From the NCBI GenBank assembly GCA_021796115.1, contig JAJYOP010000006.1:8359-72358 (forward strand): a stretch of DNA of 64,000 nt, given 5' to 3'. Within the stretch, counting starts at the first letter, position 1; every line of letters begins with the position of its first letter. Position numbers and translations under genes: made by a program. This DNA is from a bacterium. Its GTDB lineage: Bacteria > Omnitrophota > Gorgyraeia > Duberdicusellales > 4484-171. This document shows, piece after piece, positions 45,760 through 55,637 of this stretch. Under the pieces are notes generated by a model, which saw only the letters and a list, made by a program, of their open reading frames with translations, was not told the DNA's origin and searched no databases.

Positions 45760-46899
45760 ATGAAAAAGGTAACGATTTTTGGTTCAACCGGATCCATAGG
45801 AAGAAACGCCCTTAGCGTAATACGAAAAAACAAAGCTGATTTTAAAATTCATGGCCTTTCTACTAACCAGAACGTAGATATTATTTGTTCACAAATAAAA
45901 GAATTTTCTCCTTCGTATGTATGTATAGTTGACAGCAAAAAAGCAGAACTGTTGAAAAAACGTATAGCTAAAAATATAAAAATATTTTCAGGAGAAGAAG
46001 GACTTTGTGAATTTGCAGCTCTTTCTTCGGACATTTCGCTTATGGCAATTTCCGGAATCAATGCGTTAAAGCCACTTATGATAAACATAAAGTATGCAAA
46101 GAGGATAGCTCTGGCGAATAAAGAATCTATTGTTACTGCCGGCAGCTTAGTCTTTAATAAGGCCAGGCGTTTTAATACTGAAATCATCCCGGTAGATAGC
46201 GAGATAAATGCTATTTTCCAGCTCTTAAAACCCGGCTTGGACTTTAAGAAAGTTTATCTTACCGCTTCCGGCGGTCCGCTACTAGATTATTCGGCAAGCG
46301 AATTATCCAAAGTAAGCGTAAAAAAGGTTTTGGCGCATCCGACCTGGGAGATGGGAAGAAAAATTACGGTTAACAGCGCAACATTATTAAACAAAGGTTT
46401 TGAGGTTATTGAGAGCCATCATTTTTTTAACCTGGATTACAGCAATATCGGAATAGTCATACACCGGGAATCTCATGTTCATGCCCTGGTAGAGTTCAAA
46501 GATTCAAGTCTATTCGCCTGTATGTACCAACCGGACATGAAGATACCGATTTCGTTTGCTTTGAATTATCCAAAAAGGATGCCGGTTTCAAACAGTGAAA
46601 ATTTTAAAACAAAGTTCAGCCTGACCTTTGAGCCATTGGAAGTAAAAAAATTCCCGTTTCTTGAAATTATCCTTGAAGCAGCGCGAAGGAAAGATAACGC
46701 TTTGGTTATCTTGAATGCCTGTGACGAGGTTCTGGTGGAATATTTTTTGAAGAATAAAATAAAGTTTATAGATATGCAGAAAGTCATGCGGCACATTTTT
46801 TCGAATTACAGGGCGCAAAAGATAAATAACGAAAACGATGTTTTTTACTGGGATGATTGGGCAAGATATAAAACAAAGGAGTATTTAGAAAAACTATGA
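45760..46899 (+). CDS. dxr: 1-deoxy-D-xylulose 5-phosphate reductoisomerase
   Basis: IFGSTGSIG, LANKES, HPTWEMG motifs. Confidence 0.95.
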   Translation: MKKVTIFGSTGSIGRNALSVIRKNKADFKIHGLSTNQNVDIICSQIKEFSPSYVCIVDSKKAELLKKRIAKNIKIFSGEEGLCEFAALSSDISLMAISGINALKPLMINIKYAKRIALANKESIVTAGSLVFNKARRFNTEIIPVDSEINAIFQLLKPGLDFKKVYLTASGGPLLDYSASELSKVSVKKVLAHPTWEMGRKITVNSATLLNKGFEVIESHHFFNLDYSNIGIVIHRESHVHALVEFKDSSLFACMYQPDMKIPISFALNYPKRMPVSNSENFKTKFSLTFEPLEVKKFPFLEIILEAARRKDNALVILNACDEVLVEYFLKNKIKFIDMQKVMRHIFSNYRAQKINNENDVFYWDDWARYKTKEYLEKL

Positions 46900-47960
46900 A
46901 CTTTATAATTTTTATCATCATCGTAGGTATTTTGATAATTGTCCATGAATTCGGCCATTTTATTGCCGCGCGCAAAAGCGGGGTTAAAGTGGAAAAATTT
47001 GCTATTGGTTTTGGCCCGGTTTTATTCACTATTAAAGGTAAAAACACGGATTTTCTTATTTGCCTTTTTCCGTTAGGCGGATACGTTAAAATGGCAGGAG
47101 AAAATCGCCTGGAAACAAAAGGCCTGGCGGACGAATTTTTTTCAAAACCCGTGCTGACCAGGATGAAAATAGTTTTTGCCGGGCCATTTTTTAATTATTT
47201 TTTTGCTTTCCTGCTTTTCTGGATTATAGCGGTTATAGGTTTTCCGTATATCGAGCCCATAGTAGGAAAAGTTAAGGAAGGTTTTCCCGCTCAATCCGCC
47301 GGCTTGAAAGAAGGCGATAGAATTCTATCGGTAAATGGGAAAAAAGTAGAACATTGGCTTGACATGACGCAGTTAATACGCGAAAGCAAAAATAGCGTTT
47401 TTCTTGATATCGACCGGCAAGGGCAAAAACTTTCGTTGAAGGTTCCTCTGGAAAAAGCCGAAGGAGGAGACGAATTTGGCAGAAAAAAAAGTGTTGCTGT
47501 AATCGGCATAGAAGCTTCTTCCAAGGTGAAGATCATAAAATATAATTTATTTCAAGGGGCACTAAAAGCTTTCGAAACAGTTGTTGGCCTTACGGTTTTA
47601 ACTATAAAGGGATTTTTTTATATGGTAGCGGGAACACTATCGCCGAAAGATGTCGCAGGGCCTTTAGGGATTTATTATATAACTTCCCAGACGATAAAAT
47701 TAGGAATTGTAGCGATTCTCAACCTTATGGCGATTCTAAATGTCAGCTTGGCGATAGTTAATCTCCTGCCACTGCCGGTATTCGACGGCGGCCATATTTT
47801 CCTGCTTTTTATTGAAAAGATCCGCCGTAAACCAATAAGCGAGAAAACAGATATATTACTTACACGTGTCGGAATCGCGATAATAGGGATATTAATGATT
47901 TTTGTGTTTTATAACGATATTGTTAATTTTGGTTCGAAGATTTGGGGAAAGTGGTTTTAA
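46896..47960 (+). CDS. rseP: site-2 (M50) zinc metalloprotease
   Basis: HEFGH motif, PDZ-like insert, NLLPLPVFDGGH. Confidence 0.9.
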   Translation: MNFIIFIIIVGILIIVHEFGHFIAARKSGVKVEKFAIGFGPVLFTIKGKNTDFLICLFPLGGYVKMAGENRLETKGLADEFFSKPVLTRMKIVFAGPFFNYFFAFLLFWIIAVIGFPYIEPIVGKVKEGFPAQSAGLKEGDRILSVNGKKVEHWLDMTQLIRESKNSVFLDIDRQGQKLSLKVPLEKAEGGDEFGRKKSVAVIGIEASSKVKIIKYNLFQGALKAFETVVGLTVLTIKGFFYMVAGTLSPKDVAGPLGIYYITSQTIKLGIVAILNLMAILNVSLAIVNLLPLPVFDGGHIFLLFIEKIRRKPISEKTDILLTRVGIAIIGILMIFVFYNDIVNFGSKIWGKWF

Positions 47961-48160
47961 TGAGAACATCATTTTTCCAAGCGACCTAAGGGAGTGTAGG
48001 AAAAATGATAGTGCGAATAATGAGCCAGCACTTTTGAAGCCGCAGACGCACAAAAGTGCGTTGGCGAATTATCACCGAAGGGGATTAACCCCGCCGAACG
48101 CTACAAATTTTAGAAGAAAATTTATAGCATCTTCTGTGAGGCGGGGTAATAGGTAGAAAA
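47961..48160 (+). repeat. R2 repeat (copy related to 23229-23331)
   Basis: tgagaacatcatttttccaagcgacctaagggagtgtaggaaaaatgatagtgcgaata parallels tgagcacgtgattttttcaagcgaccgaaggaagtggagaaaaaatcacagtgcgaatta. ORF 47902..48156 is an artefact. Confidence 0.7.
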
Positions 48161-48162
48161 AG

Positions 48163-49200
48163 ATGACCCGAACAGTAAAATTAGGGAGTTTAAAAATCGG
48201 CGCAAAGTACCCTGTACGAATAAAAGGGATGCTTAAGTCCCCTTATTCTAATATAGATACTTTAATTAAAGAAGCAAAATTGCTGGAAAAAGAAGGCGCA
48301 GAAGCTCTGCGCATGGCTATCAAAGAAGAACGCGATGTAAAACTGGTACTTCTTTTAAAAAAAGAAATTACGCTTCCGCTCGTTGCTGATATTCATTTTC
48401 ATTACCGCTTTGCCCTTAAGGCTATTGAAGGCGGATTTGATGGTATTAGGCTAAACCCTTTAAATATCACCAGTAAAAAAGAAGTAACCCGGGTAGTATG
48501 TGCCGCTAAAGCACATAAAATACCTATAAGAATAGGGATAAATTCCGGCGGATTTAAAAGGAGTTTTGGTAGCCCGGAGAGCCAGGCCAAAGAGATGGTT
48601 AGTGTTGTTGGCGATTACTTAAAGATTCTGGAGAAAGAAAATTTCTTTGATATAATGGTTTCGTTGAAAGGCTCGGATGTCAGGACTACGGCTATCGCCA
48701 ATGAGTTTTTTGCCAAAAAGTTCGATTACCCTTTACATCTGGGTATTACTGCTACCGGCACATTTTTAAACGGCGTAGTCAAATCTTCTATAGGGTTGGG
48801 CGGTCTTCTTTCTAAAAGCATAGGCAATGTGATAAGGGTGTCTTTGACGGCACCTTCTTATTGGGAGATTCGCATTGCTAAACAAATACTTGCGGCACTT
48901 TCTTTAAGAAAGTTGGGGCCGGAAATTATATCTTGCCCGACATGTTCCCGTTGTGAGGTAGATTTAATAAAAATAGTAGATAAATTCGACAAGGCACTTC
49001 TGCAATCGCATTTAGAAAAACCGCTGCATATTGCAATTATGGGTTGTGTGGTAAATGGCCCTGGCGAGGCAAGACAGGCTGACATCGGTGTTGCCTTTGG
49101 CAATAAAAAAGCCGTCGTTTTCAAAAAAGATAAGATTATAAAACAGACTGATGAAAAAAATATAATAACGGACTTATTCAAAGAGGTGGAGAGGCTATGA
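48163..49200 (+). CDS. ispG: 4-hydroxy-3-methylbut-2-enyl diphosphate synthase
   Basis: SCPTCSRC and GCVVNGPGE Fe-S ligand motifs. TIM-barrel N-domain. Confidence 0.95.
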   Translation: MTRTVKLGSLKIGAKYPVRIKGMLKSPYSNIDTLIKEAKLLEKEGAEALRMAIKEERDVKLVLLLKKEITLPLVADIHFHYRFALKAIEGGFDGIRLNPLNITSKKEVTRVVCAAKAHKIPIRIGINSGGFKRSFGSPESQAKEMVSVVGDYLKILEKENFFDIMVSLKGSDVRTTAIANEFFAKKFDYPLHLGITATGTFLNGVVKSSIGLGGLLSKSIGNVIRVSLTAPSYWEIRIAKQILAALSLRKLGPEIISCPTCSRCEVDLIKIVDKFDKALLQSHLEKPLHIAIMGCVVNGPGEARQADIGVAFGNKKAVVFKKDKIIKQTDEKNIITDLFKEVERL

Positions 49201-50450
49201 ATGTAAAAGAAATCAAAAAAGAGTTGCGTAAGGAGCTAAGTTTCCTTGGCGGTGCCGAAACCAAATTGAGTGAAGAGCTTGTCCGGGACAGAATAACAAA
49301 AATATTTGATTATTGGGAGAAAGAAAAAGCTAGAATTATTGAGCCTAAGGTAAGAGAAGCGGTCATAAAAGAACTTTGTGATGAATTCTTAGGCTGGGGC
49401 CCGCTGCAAAAACTTATGGATGACCCAGAAGTTACGGAAATAATGATAAACGGCCCGCATAAGATTTATATGGAAAAAGCCGGTAAAAAAATAATTACCG
49501 ATGTGCAATTCGACGATGAAACCCATCTGCGCCATAGTATAGAAAAGATGCTTATACCTGCGGCCAGGCGCGTCGATGAATCCTATCCCTATGTTGATTT
49601 TTCATTGAAAGACGGCTCGCGCGTGAATGTCATAATCCCGCCGCTTTCTGTAGGCGGTGCCACGGTTACCATCAGAAAATTTTTACGCAGTATCAGCGTA
49701 ATCGAAAACCTGGTTGAGCTTGGCACAATTGATGAGCGAATGGCAAAATTTCTGGTTGCCTGTATTAAGGCAAAGGTAAATATACTTTTTTCCGGTGCAA
49801 CCGGAAGCGGTAAAACAACTACCCTTGAAGTCCTCTCATCTTATATCAATCCCCAGGAAAGAATTATTGTTATCGAAGATACGCTAGAACTTACTTTAAG
49901 GCAGGAACATGTTGTGCGCTTATTGACGCGTCCGCCTAACATCGAAGGCAAAGGCGAGGTTACCATAAGAGACCTGTTTATTAATACTCTTCGTATGAGG
50001 CCGACGCGAATTATTCTTGGTGAAATTAGAGGCGCAGAATCAATGGACTATCTTCAGGCGTTAAACAGTGGACACCGTGGATGCCTTGCTGTAATTCATG
50101 CTTCCAGCCCGTTTGATGCGCTTACCCGCCTTGAAACAACGGCGCTTTATGCCGGATTGAATATGCCGGTTTGGGCAATAAGAAAACAAATTGCTTCGGG
50201 AGTTGATCTGATAGTTCAGCATGACCAATTGACTGATGGCTCAAGAAAGATAACTTACATCACAGAAGTAATCGATCGGCTTGAAAAAGATGAAGTAATT
50301 TTAAAAGACATTTTCCGTTACGACATAGAAAAGGTTGACGAAGACAAACGCGTAATCGGCTCATTTAAAGCTAAAGGCACACCGGTATTTTTGCCGATAT
50401 TTAAGAAAAAAGGAATTGAAATCGACGAGAACATTTTTAAAGAAGGCTAA
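49197..50450 (+). CDS. CpaF/VirB11-family secretion ATPase (orphan)
   Basis: Walker [10 protein letters not shown], Asp box VIEDTLEL, Walker [10 protein letters not shown], His box [11 protein letters not shown]. Start overlaps the ispG stop (ATGA). Confidence 0.85.
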   Translation: MNVKEIKKELRKELSFLGGAETKLSEELVRDRITKIFDYWEKEKARIIEPKVREAVIKELCDEFLGWGPLQKLMDDPEVTEIMINGPHKIYMEKAGKKIITDVQFDDETHLRHSIEKMLIPAARRVDESYPYVDFSLKDGSRVNVIIPPLSVGGATVTIRKFLRSISVIENLVELGTIDERMAKFLVACIKAKVNILFSGATGSGKTTTLEVLSSYINPQERIIVIEDTLELTLRQEHVVRLLTRPPNIEGKGEVTIRDLFINTLRMRPTRIILGEIRGAESMDYLQALNSGHRGCLAVIHASSPFDALTRLETTALYAGLNMPVWAIRKQIASGVDLIVQHDQLTDGSRKITYITEVIDRLEKDEVILKDIFRYDIEKVDEDKRVIGSFKAKGTPVFLPIFKKKGIEIDENIFKEG

Positions 50451-50458
50451 TTCAACTT

Positions 50459-51688
50459 ATGCTGTACTCAAAAAGTTTCATTTTTACGTTACGAGAAGAC
50501 CCTAAAACTGCGGAATGCATAAGCCATAAGTTGCTTCTAAAAGGTTCGTATCTTTTTATGGTTTCTTCCGGCATCTACTCGTATTTGCCTTTAGGTTTCA
50601 GGGTTTTAGAGAATGTAAGCAACATAATCAGAAAACATATGAATTCAAAAGGTGCAGAGGAGCTTTTAATGAGCGCTTTGCAGCCTATTGAAATATGGCA
50701 GAAGACCGGCCGTCACGAGGTGCTTAAGGATGTAATGTTCAAATTCAAAGACCGCAAGAACCGCAATTTATGCCTGGGCCCGACCCATGAAGAAGAAATT
50801 ACGGAAATCGTGCGTAAATATGTTTCTTCTTATAAACAGCTGCCGCGCATACTCTATCAAATACAGACAAAGTTTAGGGATGAAATCCGTCCCAGGTTTG
50901 GCGTTGTAAGAAGCTGCGAATTCATAATGAAAGATGCTTACAGCTTTGACATTGATGAAAATGGTTTGAATGAAAATTACAACAAAATGTTTTCGGCCTA
51001 TAAAGATATATTTAAGGAATGCGGTTTAGAATTTATTACTACCGAAGCCGATTCCGGAGCGATGGGAGGAAGCGCTTCTCATGAATTTATGGTTCCTGCG
51101 GAAATTGGCGAAGATATATTATGTGAATGCGAAAAATGCGGCAAGCATTTTAAAGAAACAGAAAATTGCCCACATTGCGCAACAAAATTAAAAGAAAAGA
51201 GAATGATAGAAATCGGACATGTTTTTAAATTAGGAACAAAATATTCTGCCGCGCAAGAGGCGCTCTATCTTGACAATAGCGGCAAGAGAAAGCCGACTAT
51301 TATGGGCTGTTATGGTATCGGCGTCAGCCGTGTTCTTGCTGCCATAGTTGAGACGAATTATGACGAGAAAGGAATAATCTGGCCAAAGTCCGTAACCCCC
51401 TTTGATGCAACCCTGGTCTGCCTTGATGAGAAAATTAAAAGTGAAGCAATTAGTTTAGGCGAAAAACTTGAGAAAACTGGATTAAAAATATTGATTGATG
51501 AGCGGAGTGAAGGGGCAGGGGTAAAATTTAATGATGCATATTTGATAGGCAGCCCTTACATGGTAATTATGGGCAAAAACTATGTAAGCTATGGAAAAAT
51601 AGATTTAGAAGAAAGAAAAACCAAAGAGAAAAAGAGTTTCAGCGAGCAAGAGCTTATAAGTTTTTTAAAAGAAGCATATAATAAATGA
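50459..51688 (+). CDS. proS: prolyl-tRNA synthetase, short form lacking the INS editing domain
   Basis: Class II motifs (FRDEIRPRFGVVRSCEFIMKDAYSF, GCYGIGVSR). A CxCxxC-x10-CxxC segment sits where the INS domain would be. Confidence 0.85.
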   Translation: MLYSKSFIFTLREDPKTAECISHKLLLKGSYLFMVSSGIYSYLPLGFRVLENVSNIIRKHMNSKGAEELLMSALQPIEIWQKTGRHEVLKDVMFKFKDRKNRNLCLGPTHEEEITEIVRKYVSSYKQLPRILYQIQTKFRDEIRPRFGVVRSCEFIMKDAYSFDIDENGLNENYNKMFSAYKDIFKECGLEFITTEADSGAMGGSASHEFMVPAEIGEDILCECEKCGKHFKETENCPHCATKLKEKRMIEIGHVFKLGTKYSAAQEALYLDNSGKRKPTIMGCYGIGVSRVLAAIVETNYDEKGIIWPKSVTPFDATLVCLDEKIKSEAISLGEKLEKTGLKILIDERSEGAGVKFNDAYLIGSPYMVIMGKNYVSYGKIDLEERKTKEKKSFSEQELISFLKEAYNK

Positions 51689-51766
51689 TAATTTATGTTG
51701 CAAAGCGCAAAATTTTGCGTTTTAGCGTTTGCAAATTTGCGGTGTAAAATAATTTTTAAGAAACCA

Positions 51767-52234
51767 GTGAATATCATCGATAATTTTTATAGCCAATATA
51801 AAGAAAAGGTTGAAAAAATAATTAACGACGAAGGCGCAGAGCTAATAGATATCAAATTAAGCTTCTATATCGGCGATTATATTTTACGCTGCATTGTTGA
51901 TTATCCGGCAGGCGGCATAACTATCGACAAGTGTGCAAGACTTAATGGAAAAATTGTCAAATTTCTCGAGGAAAACAAAGCTTTGGGTGATAATTTCATT
52001 GTTGAGGTGAATTCTCCGGGCCTTGATAGGCCTTTAAAGACTTATAAAGATTTTGCAAGAATGAAGGGAAAAATTGTCGGTCTTTGGCCAAAGATTCCTT
52101 TGGAAGGAAAAGCATATTTTGAAGGTAAAGTATCGGAGGTATCAGAGAAAAATCTGACAGTAGAAATGAAAGGAAAAAAATATATTATTGATTTTGAGAA
52201 AATTCATTTAGGAAAAGAAAAATTGGAGGTCTAA
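51767..52234 (+). CDS. rimP: ribosome maturation factor RimP
   Basis: VEVNSPGLDRPLK motif, position upstream of nusA. The start is uncertain (GTG 51767 or upstream 51695, which lies in hairpin words). Confidence 0.8.
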   Translation: MNIIDNFYSQYKEKVEKIINDEGAELIDIKLSFYIGDYILRCIVDYPAGGITIDKCARLNGKIVKFLEENKALGDNFIVEVNSPGLDRPLKTYKDFARMKGKIVGLWPKIPLEGKAYFEGKVSEVSEKNLTVEMKGKKYIIDFEKIHLGKEKLEV

Positions 52235-52238
52235 AATA

Positions 52239-53495
52239 ATGAACAAAGAATTTATAACCGTGCTTGAACAATTAGAAAGAGAGAAGGGCCTTGATAAAAA
52301 CGTTCTTCTTGAGGCGGTAAAACACGCTTTAACCGTGGCCGCAAAAAAAATTGCAAAGATTACTTCTGCAACCGAGGATGTGAAAGTTGAGATAGACCCG
52401 GTAAAAGGGGATATCCATGTTTATATCTCCGATAAAGAAGTGGTTTCCAAGGAGTTCGGCAGGATTGCCGCTCAAACTGCAAGGCAGGTTATTATCCAAA
52501 AAATACGCGAAGCAGAAAAGGATAATGTTTATAATGAATTCAAAAAGAAAGAAGGCGATATTGTCGGCGGAATAGTTTACCGCATTGAACAAAAAGCGGT
52601 AATCCTGGATCTTCTGGGTAAAGCCGAGGGTGTTATTCCCTATTCTTTCCTTTCGCCTTTAGACCGATTCAGGCTTGGAGAAAGAGTAAAGGCTTTTGTT
52701 TATGAGGTTAAGAAAGACAAAGGAACGCAAATAATTCTTTCGAGAAAGCACGAAGGCCTTGTGAAAAAACTTTTTGAGCTTGAGGTCCCGGAAATTTTTG
52801 AAGGAGTGGTAGAAATCCGGTCGATTGCCAGAGAAGCCGGAGAAAGAACAAAGATAGCGGTTTTTTCTAAAGACGAAAAAGTCGACTGCGTAGGCGCCTG
52901 TGTCGGCATGCGCGGTTCACGGGTAAAAAATATAATCGAAGAGTTGCGCGGAGAAAAAATAGATATAGTCAGGTTCAGCGAAGACATAAAAGAATTTATC
53001 AAAGCCGCTTTAGCACCGGCAGTTATCTCAAGAATCGAGGTTGACCGTGAGGTTAAAAGAGCAAAGGTACTTGTCGCTAGCGATCAGCTTTCTCTTGCTA
53101 TAGGAAAAAGAGGGCAAAATGTACGGCTTGCTTCGCGGCTGGTCGGATGGGAAATAGATGTGCGTTCGCGCGAAGCTATTGAAGAAGAAGTCAACGATAT
53201 TTTGAAGTTAAAAAATATCGGCAAAAAACTTGCCGCAATTTTAGTCGATGCCGGATATGTGAGCCTTGAGAAGATCGCGGCAGTTAGTGCGGATGAGCTT
53301 TCGAAATTAAAAGGAATAGGCGAAAAGAAAGCGGCAAAAATTATCGAAGAAGCAAAAAAGGTGATCGAGGAGAAAAAAGCCGAGCTTGAAGTGGCTAAAA
53401 AAGAAACTGCGCAAAAAGAAGCGGAACAAAAAGCGATAGAACAAAAAGAGGCAGAACAGAAAGAAGCTTCCTCTGAAGAAAAAAAAACTGAATAA
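52239..53495 (+). CDS. nusA: transcription termination/antitermination factor NusA
   Basis: S1 and KH domains (GACVGMRGSRV, AIGKRGQNVRLAS). Confidence 0.95.
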   Translation: MNKEFITVLEQLEREKGLDKNVLLEAVKHALTVAAKKIAKITSATEDVKVEIDPVKGDIHVYISDKEVVSKEFGRIAAQTARQVIIQKIREAEKDNVYNEFKKKEGDIVGGIVYRIEQKAVILDLLGKAEGVIPYSFLSPLDRFRLGERVKAFVYEVKKDKGTQIILSRKHEGLVKKLFELEVPEIFEGVVEIRSIAREAGERTKIAVFSKDEKVDCVGACVGMRGSRVKNIIEELRGEKIDIVRFSEDIKEFIKAALAPAVISRIEVDREVKRAKVLVASDQLSLAIGKRGQNVRLASRLVGWEIDVRSREAIEEEVNDILKLKNIGKKLAAILVDAGYVSLEKIAAVSADELSKLKGIGEKKAAKIIEEAKKVIEEKKAELEVAKKETAQKEAEQKAIEQKEAEQKEASSEEKKTE

Positions 53496-53510
53496 AAAGG
53501 TGGTGCGAGA

Positions 53511-55421
53511 ATGCGAATCCATGAGTTAGCAAAAGAGCTGGGGATAGACACTAAGGAATTGATAACGAAATTACGCAGCATGAATTTTCCGGTTAAAAGC
53601 CATATGTCCAGCGTCGACAGCGATACTGCTGAAATTATCAAGAACGAAATATCCGTGCTCAAAGAAAAAGAAATAGAGGAAAATGTGATTGAGGCAGATT
53701 TCCCTATTTCGGTTAAAGATCTTGCGGTCAGATTAAATAAGAAACCTTCCGAACTTCTTGCAGATTTGTTAAGAGAAGGAAAATTTATTAATATAAATCA
53801 AAACCTTGATGAGGAAACCGCAAAAAAAATCGCTTATAAATATAAGATAAACTTAAAGAAGAAACCGAGTCAGGAAGAGGTAATTTTGCACACTGAGTCA
53901 AAGAATTTGAAGAGGAGGCCGCCGATAGTTACTCTTATGGGCCACATTGACCACGGGAAGACCAGCCTTCTTGACTATATCCGTAAAAGTAAAATCGCCG
54001 AGAAAGAAAGCGGAGGCATAACCCAGCATATCGGTGCATATCAGGTTACTCTTCCCAAGGGGAAAATTTCTTTTCTGGACACCCCAGGCCATGAAACTTT
54101 TACCGCAATGCGTTCGCGCGGAGCAAATCTTACCGATATTGTCATACTCGTGGTGGCTTCTGATGAAGGAGTGAAGCCTCAAACCGAAGAAGCGCTTGAT
54201 CACGCAAAAGCGGCAAATGTCCCGATTATCGTTGCGATAACCAAAATGGATAAAGCCAATGCCAATCCCGATATGGTAAAGCAGCAACTATCAAAGATTG
54301 GGCTTGTGCCGGAAGACTGGGGCGGTAAAACTACAACCATAGGAGTTTCTGCTAAAACCGGTAAGGGTATCGATGAACTATTGGAACTCATTCTGCTCCA
54401 GGCTGAATTACTCGATCTAAAAGCAGATTATACACGGCCGGCAGTTGGCGTAGCGGTTGAAGCTCGCCTGTCAAAAGGTAAAGGCCCATTGGTTGATATT
54501 TTAGTCAGGGAAGGGACGCTGCAAGTGGGTGATTGCTGTGTTTCCGGCCACTTCTGGGGAAAAATCAGAGCGATGAATGATGACCGTGGCGGCGCCGTTA
54601 ACGAAGCCTTGCCTGCGTCGGCAGTTGAAGTCGTCGGGCTGAATGGTGTTCCCAACCCGGGAGACCAGCTTTTCGTTGTTCCTGATGAAAAGGCGGCTAA
54701 AGAGATAGTTGAAAAACGAAGAGAAGAAGATGCGAAACTTAAACTAAAAAGCCCCGTGCATTTTAAACTCGAAGATTTATTCAAAAAGGTAAAAGAAGAA
54801 AAGATAAAACAATTAAAAGTAATATTAAAAGCCGATGTGGGCGGAACCCTTGAGGCAGTCGAAGAGGCTTTAAGGAAGATTTCTCACGAAGAAGTTGAAC
54901 TTGTGCTTACGCATAAAGGCGTCGGTTCAATAAATGCTTCGGATGTCCTTCTTGCGGAGGTAACTGATGCGATAATTGTAGGTTTCAAAGTTACCACAGA
55001 ACCGCAGGCAAGAGACCTGGCCAAGCAAAAAGGCATAGAGATCAGGGTTTATCAGATAGTTTATGAGCTCCTGGATGATATAAAAGCGGCATTTGAAGGA
55101 ATGCTTGCTCCGCATGTAAAGAAAATCTTTCTCGGCCGTGCCAGAGTAAAAACCGTTTTTAAACTTTCCAAATCCGGCATTATAGCTGGGTGTATTGTTG
55201 AAAAAGGAAGAGTCCAGAGAAATTTTGCCTGCCAGGTTTTACGCAGTAACGCACCGGTTTATGAAGGAAAAGTTCAGTCGCTCAAAAGATTTAAAGACGA
55301 TGTCAGGGATGTTGCCGAAGGCGTTGAATGCGGTATCGGTGTAGGGTTTGACGGCATCAAGGAAGGCGATGTTATTGATGTTTATAGCGAAGAGCTAGTT
55401 ACGAGGCGTTTGAAGGAATAG
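53511..55421 (+). CDS. infB: translation initiation factor IF-2
   Basis: [22 protein letters not shown] GTPase motifs. Confidence 0.95.
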   Translation: MRIHELAKELGIDTKELITKLRSMNFPVKSHMSSVDSDTAEIIKNEISVLKEKEIEENVIEADFPISVKDLAVRLNKKPSELLADLLREGKFININQNLDEETAKKIAYKYKINLKKKPSQEEVILHTESKNLKRRPPIVTLMGHIDHGKTSLLDYIRKSKIAEKESGGITQHIGAYQVTLPKGKISFLDTPGHETFTAMRSRGANLTDIVILVVASDEGVKPQTEEALDHAKAANVPIIVAITKMDKANANPDMVKQQLSKIGLVPEDWGGKTTTIGVSAKTGKGIDELLELILLQAELLDLKADYTRPAVGVAVEARLSKGKGPLVDILVREGTLQVGDCCVSGHFWGKIRAMNDDRGGAVNEALPASAVEVVGLNGVPNPGDQLFVVPDEKAAKEIVEKRREEDAKLKLKSPVHFKLEDLFKKVKEEKIKQLKVILKADVGGTLEAVEEALRKISHEEVELVLTHKGVGSINASDVLLAEVTDAIIVGFKVTTEPQARDLAKQKGIEIRVYQIVYELLDDIKAAFEGMLAPHVKKIFLGRARVKTVFKLSKSGIIAGCIVEKGRVQRNFACQVLRSNAPVYEGKVQSLKRFKDDVRDVAEGVECGIGVGFDGIKEGDVIDVYSEELVTRRLKE

Positions 55422-55441
55422 ATAGAGAAACAATGCGAAAT

Positions 55442-55613
55442 AACCATGCTTCAAGATACAATAATCAAATAATGACCAAATCGCAAATTCCAAATACCAA
55501 ATAAATTCTAATATCCAATGACCAAAATTCCAAACCGAAAGCGTTTGGAACATTGGAATTTGGTACTTGAAGCTTGGAATTTGTTTAGGATTTGTATCTT
55601 GGTTATTGGTTAT
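55442..55613. repeat. ccaaat/atttgg hairpin family, copy 3
   Basis: ...aatgaccaaatcgcaaattccaaataccaaataaattctaatatccaatgaccaaaattccaaaccgaaagcgtttggaacattggaatttgg...cttggttattggtt. Confidence 0.85.
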
Positions 55614-55637
55614 TTTTTAAGTCACCTATCGAAAGAT

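Noticed and set aside
49197-50450. Tad/Flp pilus locus
   Set aside because: Only the ATPase is present. There are no TadB/C, pilin, secretin or peptidase genes within the window.
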